NCBI GenBank assembly: GCA_051294375.1
Contig: CM119270.1
Location: forward strand, 19,002,444 to 19,022,401
DNA length: 19,958 nt
From: Paraspadella gotoi
Lineage: Eukaryota; Animalia; Chaetognatha
Reading direction: 5' to 3'
The notes under the pieces: generated by a model
Told to the model about the DNA's origin: nothing
Seen by the model: only the letters and a program-made list of their open reading frames with translations
The model's database searches: none
Program-made: the position numbers and the translations under genes
Shown here: piece by piece, positions 11,340 to 19,958 of the stretch
Layout: each line of letters begins with the position of its first letter
Position numbering within the stretch: position 1 is the first letter of the stretch

Positions 11340-11720
11340 TCTTGCCGTGCAGGCTCAAAGTCCTCCGGTGCAGGTCCTCAAAGTCCTCCGGTGCAGTCCT
11401 CAAGTCCTCCGGTGCAGGTTCTCGATATTTGCCGATGCAGCGCCAATTGCCCCCTGACTCGCGCCGCGAATGCCCGGCGGCGCCGGCCAGAAATTCGCCG
11501 AGTTCCGATGCCGAAGAATTTCGGGCGACACGAGTCGCCATTTAACGTCTGATGCCTCAGGTGAAATCGCGGAAACGGAGGCGGCACATGTGGCGACGTG
11601 GGGCGGCGGTGGCGGCGGAGATGGTGGTGTGGCAGGTGGGGCGCTGGTAGCGTTGGCATAGCGGCGGGGGGTGGCGCGGTGATAGCTGTGGGCGGTGGTT
11701 GCATCGACTGTTTCTCCAAG
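11340..11720 (-). other. GC-rich, possibly coding fragment (Pro/Ala-rich, EPAPEDF repeats), frameshifted
   Basis: Overlapping minus ORFs give QPPPTAITAPPPAAMP, SAPPATPPSPPPPPP and EPAPED. Exon versus transposon fragment is unresolved. Confidence 0.3.
11347..11418. repeat. ~21-bp tandem repeat (GTGCAGGCTCAAAGTCCTCCG), about 3.3 units
   Basis: Units 11347-11367 (21 bp), 11368-11390 (23 bp), 11391-11411 (21 bp), partial 11412-11418. Confidence 0.92.
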
Positions 11721-12082
11721 ATTTATTACGAAAGGCGATCGTCCGCCTCTCGCAATTTTAGCCAAGAATTTATATAGTCTATTCTATAACTTAATTTATC
11801 AAAATTACTGAATGAACATATGAACTAAACATCTTTTATGTTAGTATATCGAGCGAATGAACAAAAATACCGGAGCCTGCTAAGTCGCCGCTCAAAAAAC
11901 GCGATTTTCAATCACGGCATCCATTTCAAATGCAAATTGCAAAGATGGAATCATGCGTCTGGCACGAAGAAGGAAAGAGAGATCGAGTGCGAAAGTGGAA
12001 TCTTTGCAAATGGTTGTCGGTCTCTCTCTCTCTCACTCTTCTCTCTCTCTCTCCCTCTCCCTCTCTCCCGTCTCTCCTCTCT

Positions 12083-12126
<44 letters not shown>

Positions 12127-13159
12127 CTCTCTCTCTCTCTTTGCTTTATAATATTTTATTTTACGACAAATTAGTGAGTCCTAATCTTAGTGAAAGAAAT
12201 AAATGCCCATGGAAGACGAAGCGGACAGAGATAACAACAACAATAACAAACAACAACCGACGACGACGACGACCGACGCCAAGAGAAAGAGAAGATAAGA
12301 AAAGCTGAAGAATATCGACCGATGAAGAATGGAATTTTAAAAAATGGAAAAAGAGGTTAAACCCATTTTTTTTGTCTCGGCGTCGAAATGTTTTGAGAAG
12401 AGAGAGAGAACACGATAAGACGATGAGTGACAATGAAGAAATGAAGGAGAGAGAGGAGAGAGAAGAGAGAGAGAGAGAGAGGACAAGAGAGAGAGGAGAG
12501 AGAGAGAGAGAGAGAAGAGAGAGGAGAGAGAGAGAGAGAGAGTAGAGAGAAAGAGAGACACAGAGAGAGAGGAGAGACCAGAGAGAAGAGTAGAAGAGAG
12601 AGAGACGAGAGAGAGAGAGAGAGGCTTTGAGATTAAAGTCCCAGTGTGCGTTGGAGGTGAGTAACGGTTTCTCCCAAAAACAGAGATGTCTTCTTTTCGG
12701 TGAATGAGGTCACAAGTTCACTTTTGATCGTGAATTCAATTAACGTCTCCTTCTCCTATTCGCTTCTTTGTTAAACATATTCATCTATTGATTCATTTAT
12801 TCATCTATCAATTAATTTAGTCGTCTACTGATTTAATTCATTCATATATTGATTAAACTACTCAATAAAAATTCTAATTATTTAATGTTAGGAAGAGTAA
12901 TGTCAACAAAACATCACCATTCAGAGAAATTAATTTTTAATTCTTAAATCTCTGCAAAATTCGACTCTTGATAAATTGATTCTCATTTTTCGGAAATTTG
13001 TTTTTTTCTTTTATCGCTGTCATCGTCAACATCGTTGGCTTTCGCTCGTCGTCGTCGTCGTCGTCATTGATTCGCACGCGACGAATTCGCCTTTTGTCTA
13101 AAGGCGAACCCAAGGGCGAAGGGCAAACACACTACCAGGGAGCGAAGGAGGAGAACGAG

Positions 13160-13214
13160 GATGACAACGACGACGACGATGACAATGACGATGACGACGA
13201 CGACGACGACGACG
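13160..13214 (+). repeat. (GAC)n imperfect repeat. Also 13403-13443, 15395-15470, 17009-17060 (perfect), ~17370-17400
   Basis: Read directly. Confidence 0.93.
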
Positions 13215-13383
13215 TCAAACCAGACCGATTTATCCCCGTTGGTTCGGCTTGTTCTTTGCATTGCAAAAGTTTGGAGATCAAATCCCAAACTGAAATTTAA
13301 TTCGTCGATGAAGCTTATATACTTACTAGTTGGAGTAGAGTTTGAATTTAAGTAATGATGGGAATATAATTTTTAACTAATAG

Positions 13384-13707
13384 AACGCCTGCAATGACGC
13401 CTACGACGACGACGATGACGACTACAACGACGACGACGACAACAAAAAACAGACGATTGTAAGCGACAATGGAGCGAAACCCTGAGATCATTTCGTGGAA
13501 TCGAAAAATGGTTTAAATCGTTGAAAAATGGAGTTGGACGTAAGCCGCCATCGCCACCGCGCCGCCGCCGCCGCGACGCCATCGCCGCCGCCGTCGTCGC
13601 CTCCTCCGTCGCCGCTCTGACGCCGCCGCCGCAGTCTCGACAATGGCCGCGTCATGCGCGCCATCGTCGCCGACAACGCCGCGTGGGTTTAGCAGAAACG
13701 ACGAAAG
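13384..13707 (+). CDS. Candidate Thr-rich then Pro/Arg-rich exon (needs at least one frameshift correction)
   Basis: tttttaactaatAG acceptor and AAG|GTAGGA donor. Removing one A in the A6 run near 13445 joins TPAMTPTTTT... to TDDCKRQWSETLRSFRGIEKWFKSLKNGVGRKPPSPP. Contains (CGC)n at 13544-13632. Confidence 0.27.
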
Positions 13708-14028
13708 GTAGGAATGGAATCGGAGGAAAGTGATTTGAGGAATTTGGTGAATTTTGCTGAGAAAAAAAGGGGCAGTGAAAATAACTGTGGTTAATGGAAG
13801 AAGTATTTAAATTTTATTATATTTATCATTCGTCATTTATGTATATTTTAGAGAGGACTAAATCGGGCGGATCGAGTACCGAAAAAAGACATTCAGGCAA
13901 AACATTTTTTTAAAAAAAAATGTTTTTATTTCATTCTATATAATCTAATTCAATCCTAATGCTAATTTAAAGCCCTTCTTTTATATCACAACAAAAAACC
14001 GCAATTCAAACTCGGGCAACAAAAACAT

Positions 14029-14030
<2 letters not shown>

Positions 14031-14053
<23 letters not shown>
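14031..14053 (+). repeat. (CA)n microsatellite
   Basis: 11 perfect units. Confidence 0.95.
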
Positions 14054-14059
<6 letters not shown>

Positions 14060-14441
14060 GGAAAAACATTTTCGAATTTTAATCATTTTTCTTTGAAATT
14101 CGACGCATTATTTTTTAGATTTTGACTTTTACGATTCGCGTTTTTGCGTGTTACGCGTCCAGCGTCTCCGTCTCCCGTCTCGCGGGACGCGTCCGTACGT
14201 CAACACGGTCCAATGTCGGTCCATTCAACGATGGAATCAACGAGAAACGAAAAGATTTACGGTCGACGTCGTTTGTCAAAAATTTCAACGATTTCTGTTT
14301 TTCTTTTTTGGGCAGAAAAAATTGGGACACAAAACGGAATGGAATTTAGAGCAAAAACAGAAGTCGATTGATGAAGATTAGGGATGAAATCGACGGAATG
14401 TCGATCAAATTTATTGGAAGATGATTGACTTTTTGTCGACC

Positions 14442-14506
<65 letters not shown>

Positions 14507-15167
14507 CTCTTCTCTCTCTCTCTCTCTCTCTCTCATTATCGCATTTAACAGATTTTCAGCCGACGAAGTACAGCGTCAACCAATAACCGAATCGCCACTT
14601 TCTAGGTTCAAGCAGATGTGACCATATCGATTCAAAATATCTGGGGGCGTTTCCTAGATTTGAGTTTATGTTTTACTTTTTTAAAGCTAAAGCTTTATTT
14701 TAAAACTTATGGTCACCTCACTTGACTTTTACCACCTCATGCCACCTTTTGCCATCTTTTCGCCACCTCAATTCGAAACTCAGCCTCCAGAGGTCTGCCA
14801 CTATGTCGCCATCTTTAAAATTCTCATTTATTCTCATCAAGTTTGGGAAACGGAAAGTCGAGACTCAGCGGTGAGAGTCAAAGAGTCCAAAGTTAACGTC
14901 TAAAGTCCGACTCACTCTCTCTCTGTCTTCTCTCTTTCTCTGTTCTCCCTTTTTCTTTTCTTTTCGTTCCTTTCTTTCAAACTGTCCTTTTCTTTTCGGT
15001 TTTCTCTTTTCTTTTTCCCTCTTCATTAACCCTTCTGACCTCCCGTGCTTTTCTTTCTTATTCAGAGAGATTTTCTTTCCTTTTATTTGTCTATAACTTT
15101 CATGACGCCTATACGGTTTAATTTATAACATACATCATATGAAAGCATTTGTTATCATTGTTATTCT

Positions 15168-15304
15168 TTCCCTTACCTTTCGTTCTTTCCTTATCTTTCC
15201 TTTCCTTTTCCTTACCTCCAATTCCTTCCTTATCTTTCCTTTCTTCCCTTACCTTTTGTTCCTTTCCTTATCTTTCCTTTCCTTTTCCTTACTTCCAATT
15301 CCTT
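15168..15304 (+). repeat. Two-copy pyrimidine-rich direct repeat with ~76-bp period
   Basis: ttcccttaccttt..tttccttatctttcctttccttttccttac(c/t)tccaattcctt at 15168-15227 and 15244-15304. Confidence 0.85.
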
Positions 15305-15343
15305 TCCTTTTTATTTCCTTATCTTTTTCTTACTCAACCGCAG

Positions 15344-15535
15344 CGAGGAGAGAGAGACGAGGCCAGAGTCTTGGAGAGTCGTATGTCATCTCAAACGACG
15401 ACGACGACGACGACGACGACAATTTTTACTACCGTTACGCCTACGACGACGACGACGACGACGACAACAACCATGACTACGAATTCATCAAGGCCGGTCG
15501 TCCTCCCGAGGGAAAGAAAAAAGAAAAGAATATGA
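15344..15535 (+). CDS. Candidate low-complexity exon (Thr-rich frame, or Asp/Tyr-rich frame open to 15576)
   Basis: Long pyrimidine tract then ttactcaaccgCAG. Two frames are open. No clear donor. Confidence 0.3.
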   Translation, partial: RGERDEARVLESRMSSQTTTTTTTTTIFTTVTPTTTTTTTTTTMTTNSSRPVVLPRERKKKRI

Positions 15536-15829
15536 CGATTTCCTTGGAACGAAATAAAAAAAAATATTCAAATTGAGTTTTTTTCGGGAGGTATAATTAT
15601 TCATTTTAAAGGCCTTAAACGCTATGCAGGGTTGGAAAGATTTTTGGGATTGTGTTGAGGGCGAAAGAAAAGGTACGAAGAGAAAAGAAATACTATATAA
15701 ACTTACTAATTTTATGGTCAAAATTTAATTAAATAGTCATGGTACTAATTTTCAATTTCAACTTATTTCACAGATTCAAACCACCTTGCCCCCCTTCTCT
15801 TATAACCCCCCTCTCAAGCATCCATTTCC

Positions 15830-15858
15830 GACGCGTTCAACACGTTGAGTCTCTTCTG

Positions 15859-15915
<57 letters not shown>

Positions 15916-16160
15916 GTCTCTCTCTCTCTCTCGCGTTCAACACGTGGCCCGTGTCCTCGTCTCTCTCTCTCTTCTCTCTCTCTCTACTCACACGACGAAT
16001 CACGAGAGAGTCTTTTTTCAAGTCACGTGACATCGCGGACGTCTCCCGCGCGTAACCGACTCAGTCACGTGACTTCCGCCCGACCCATTCACGAAAACCG
16101 CGCGACCGGTGAACGCGTGAATTCTTTGGGGCGACTCTGTCTCGTGATCGTTAGAGCGTG
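15830..16160. promoter_or_regulatory. E-box-dense CpG-rich element with two GTCACGTGAC palindromes
   Basis: GTCACGTGAC at 16022-16031 and 16064-16073. CACGTG 15941, CACGTT 15841, CACGAG 16001 and 16141 (minus), CACGCG 16114 (minus). ACTTCCG overlaps the end of the second palindrome. Confidence 0.5.
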
Positions 16161-16179
16161 ATGTCGCTTTCACTCCTTT

Positions 16180-16292
16180 CCTTTGGGTTTTGTCTCTTTT
16201 GTTTTTTTATTGTGACAAAACTATATCTTGCTAATTTCTCTATGGATTTTTCTTATGTATGTTATGTTCTCTCTCTCTCTCTTCTCTCTGCT

Positions 16293-16346
<54 letters not shown>

Positions 16347-16426
16347 CTTTGGGTTTGTTTGTTTTTTTTTTCTTGTGACGAAACTATATCTTGCCTATTT
16401 CTCTATGGATTATTCTTATTTATGTT
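16180..16426 (+). repeat. ~82-bp direct repeat, two copies separated by a CT tract
   Basis: cctttgggttt...ttgtgac(a/g)aaactatatcttgc...atttctctatggatt(t/a)ttcttat(g/t)tatgtt at 16180-16263 and 16346-16426. Confidence 0.9.
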
Positions 16427-16509
16427 TTAAATCTTATGTTTGTTCATCTTCTCAAGATTTTCAGTGACATTAGAACCTCGGTAGTGTAGATAAATTTTAA
16501 AAACACACA

Positions 16510-16583
<74 letters not shown>

Positions 16584-16654
16584 CTCAAAAGTCACCGAAT
16601 CTGAATTCAAACTTACCTAGAAATGTATCGTCATGTTAATTCCCTTGTTCTCAG

Positions 16655-16752
16655 TTTCGTCCCTTGCCCCGACCCTGCCCTCCCAGCCTCTCCCTCCCAG
16701 CCCTGCCCGCGTGGCACGGGCTTGGGTCGGCCTCGACGCCACTGACGCGAAG
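16655..16752 (+). CDS. Candidate 98-nt internal exon (SSLAPTLPSQPLPPSPARVARAWVGLDATDAK, or FRPLPRPCPP... in the other frame)
   Basis: ttcccttgttctcAG acceptor and AAG|GTAATT donor bound the GC-rich block exactly. Two of three frames are open. Confidence 0.5.
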
Positions 16753-17008
16753 GTAATTAAATGAGTCTCGAGTCGAAACCGAAAATCGAGTTAAGAGACA
16801 AAAGAAGAAAAAGACAAAGGATATTAAGGGGAGGAGGAGGAGAGAGAAGAAAGGAAGGGAGAGTACGAAGAGCTGAAACGAGAGAAACAGAAATAAATAC
16901 AAAAATTAATATTATATAAAATTAATATAAGAACAAATACATGGCGAGGTTAACGACGATGAGGAAAGAAGGAGGATGAGGATAAGAAGACGAAAAAATG
17001 AGGATGGA

Positions 17009-17060
<52 letters not shown>

Positions 17061-17545
17061 TTGACGACTACCGATACTGACATAAGTAGCGAACGAGAAT
17101 AGGAAATCTATATCTCTCTCTAAAAAAAAATGCCCTAGAGAATTCTAATCACGTGCTTGCAGGCAATCAATTGAAGAAAGGCAGCTTCTGCTTGTAGCGT
17201 CTCAGCAATGGAGGTTGCAATCACGTTGCAAGAGAAACAAATAGAAAGAAATTAAATTATCAGTTTTATAGAGAATAAAACTTTTAGGACCTCGTATTTT
17301 TTTTCCAACAATTTTCGCGAAATTCAAATGAAACGAAAAAGTCAACAAAGAATCGAGGTCGTTGTCGAAGATGACGACGACGACGACGAACGACGACGAC
17401 AAAACTCGCAAAGTTTGAAGCGGTCCAACAAAGATCGCGAAATGTGGTCTTTAAAGGAGTCAACAAAACAGAAGGCGGTTTTGAAAACGAAATGAGAGAG
17501 AGAGAGAGAGGAGAGAGAGAGAAGAGAAGAGAGAGAGGAGAGAAG

Positions 17546-17580
<35 letters not shown>

Positions 17581-17989
17581 TAAGGAATCTGGAGGTAAGT
17601 TTAGACGTGAAGTTTGAGAAAGCGGCGACTTTGCAGCCAAAGTGAGTCTTTTTTAGGGCGAAGTCCACTTTTTCCGGAAAGCGAGGAATTTCGAAGCATT
17701 TTACGCCTTCTGAGAAATGATAAAAGCAGAGAAGGAAGAAAAAGCAGCTAGAATAAAGAAAAAAAAAGAAGGCAAAGAGAAACGTTCAATGTGGAAAGTC
17801 TTTGATATTCCTTCATTTTCTTTCACTTTTCAATTTCTTTCTTCAAATTTTTGCCGAAATCAATAGGATGATAAAAAAATATTAAATATTCTGTCACGTT
17901 TTTTCTTTCAAATTTAAAACTGTTCTTTCTTTCCCCTTCGCTCGTTCTGAACAGCGACGCTCTCTCTCTCACTCTCTCTCTCTCTCTTC

Positions 17990-18032
<43 letters not shown>

Positions 18033-18671
18033 CTCTCATTCCTTAATTTTTTCTCCCTTCTTTCCCCGTCAGTCGTCACCATTTTTCTCTTTCACTTTTG
18101 AGTTTTTTTTACCTTCCTTCTTCCTTTTTTTCTTTCGCTCTCGCTCACCCTCCTTCCTCCTTCTCCTCCTAAGCTAATTTCGTTTCATCAATTTATGCAA
18201 GGTAATACATGGAGGGGGAAGAGAGAAGAGGAAGAGGAAGAGGTAGAGGAAGAGGAGGAGGAGGAGGCTCACACCCTCGGAATCGAGGAAAGAGCTCACT
18301 GTAATTTGTTAAGTTGAGAAAAGAAGTAAAATAGTATGTTATTGCATCTCGAACAAACTCGTACGTTTTTTAAAATCGGCTAATAAATAAATGAGTTTTC
18401 GTTTACGAAGTTTTTTATTCGTTACCGAATTCCGATCTAATAAAAAAAAAAATTTAAAAAATTTAAAAACATTTTCGTTTTTGTTAAAGTTTTCGATCTT
18501 TATAATATCATTATAATTTTATTAATGAGAAAATATTTTTAAAAAAAATGTATATGAAATTGGTACAACTAATATAAAAATTATCCATTCATTTAATAAT
18601 TTAGCTATCTTGCCCATACATTTGGACAGGTTTGGTGTTAAGGCCTCCATCACTCTTACAGATAATGTTCA

Positions 18672-19958
18672 ACGCTGACAATCGAAGTCCCAGTTGGAGA
18701 TTTGGCGAGAATGGGAGATAGATGGAGAGAATTATGATGAACGCTGGGGCTGGGNNNNNNNNNNNNNNNNNNNNNNNNNNNNNNNNNNNNNNNNNNNNNN
18801 NNNNNNNNNNNNNNNNNNNNNNNNNNNNNNNNNNNNNNNNNNNNNNNNNNNNNNNNNNNNNNNNNNNNNNNNNNNNNNNNNNNNNNNNNNNNNNNNNNNN
18901 NNNNNNNNNNNNNNNNNNNNNNNNNNNNNNNNNNNNNNNNNNNNNNNNNNNNNNNNNNNNNNNNNNNNNNNNNNNNNNNNNNNNNNNNNNNNNNNNNNNN
19001 NNNNNNNNNNNNNNNNNNNNNNNNNNNNNNNNNNNNNNNNNNNNNNNNNNNNNNNNNNNNNNNNNNNNNNNNNNNNNNNNNNNNNNNNNNNNNNNNNNNN
19101 GAGAGAGAGAGAGAGAGAAAGAGTGGAAGGAAAAATATTCCGGCGAAATATTATTGGTTTGAATATATGGAAAATGAGTGAAGCCTCTCACATCCGGGGA
19201 TCCGGATGAAAGAGACGTTCGATGCTAATGAAAGAAGAACGAAAATCGATGACGACCCCGAGGGCTTAAATAAAGATGAAAGATGGGTGGAGACAGAGGC
19301 GGAGAAATTGGTGAGGAAAAGGAGGAAAGGAAAGGGAGAAAAGGAAAGGGAGAAAAGGAAAGGAAAGGAAANNNNNNNNNNNNNNNNNNNNNNNNNNNNN
19401 NNNNNNNNNNNNNNNNNNNNNNNNNNNNNNNNNNNNNNNNNNNNNNNNNNNNNNNNNNNNNNNNNNNNNNNNNNNNNNNNNNNNNNNNNNNNNNNNNNNN
19501 NNNNNNNNNNNNNNNNNNNNNNNNNNNNNNNNNNNNNNNNNNNNNNNNNNNNNNNNNNNNNNNNNNNNNNNNNNNNNNNNNNNNNNNNNNNNNNNNNNNN
19601 NNNNNNNNNNNNNNNNNNNNNNNNNNNNNNNNNNNNNNNNNNNNNNNNNNNNNNNNNNNNNNNACAGAATAATCGCATCAAAGTCACAAAGCTCGAGACG
19701 TGGAACAAACGAAGACTCGAGAAAACTCGTCGTCATGGCGACGAAGAATTCCTCGGCAAACAAAGGTCACGTGACTTGATATTCGAAAATCCGGAGGACA
19801 GAAGATGACAGACTGACAGACTGACGGAGGGATGACAGAAGGAGAAATAGAAAAGCGAATGAAAGACGAAAAAAGATGGAAGTCGATTATTGATTCCAGA
19901 TTCGATCTTCTTTTCATTGAGGAAATTTTGGGAAGGAATTCTCATCGAATTAGATTTC
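18672..19958 (+). repeat. Direct duplication, copy 2 (gapped, runs off the window end)
   Basis: Colinear with 8798-10033. Confidence 0.96.

Noticed and set aside
11347-11418. Possible CRISPR-like array
   Set aside because: Units are head-to-tail with no unique spacers, there are no cas genes, and the context is eukaryotic.
13132-13289. Minus-strand exon WDLISKLLQCKEQAEPTG..., like a kinase C-lobe DLISKLL
   Set aside because: No other kinase motifs are seen, it runs into a Ser repeat and a stop, and equally plausible plus-strand readings overlap it.
16715-16752. AWVGLD resembling the C-type lectin WIGL motif
   Set aside because: No downstream conserved Cys or WND pattern, the context is Pro-rich, and the frame is uncertain.
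17400-17495. KLAKFEAVQQRSRNVVFKGVNKTEG, loosely like LINE ORF1 'SRRNN..I.G' segments
   Set aside because: Too short, enclosed by microsatellites, with no endonuclease or RT nearby.
8526-17668. ORFs rich in SLSLSL, RERERE or poly-V
   Set aside because: They are translations of (CT/GA)n and (GAC/GTC)n microsatellites.
8798-19958. LTR pair, or rDNA/histone tandem unit of ~9.9 kb
   Set aside because: No TG...CA ends, PBS, gag/pol, rRNA or histone sequence is visible between the copies.

Overview
This is not prokaryotic sequence. It is an AT-rich, microsatellite-saturated eukaryotic scaffold (probably invertebrate, organism not identifiable) with nine N gaps totalling about 2.1 kb. I see no rRNA, tRNA, CRISPR array, intact transposase or reverse transcriptase, and no nameable gene. 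Most ORF-track entries come from N runs or from (CT/GA)n and (GAC)n repeats. Four things are visible. (1) Segment ~8790-10033 recurs at ~18670-19958, and the first copy supplies sequence where the second has gaps. (2) A fold-back inverted repeat surrounds a 25-N gap (5220-5666), preceded by ~1.9 kb of apparently random sequence. (3) There are two CpG-rich regulatory-looking islands, and the one at 15830-16160 is densely packed with E-box palindromes. (4) Scattered exon-like islands carry splice signals but are frameshifted. Items 1 and 2 are best explained as artefacts of gap-filling with uncorrected long reads. I found no convincing novel biological system. The E-box cluster and the unidentified exons are the best biological leads.
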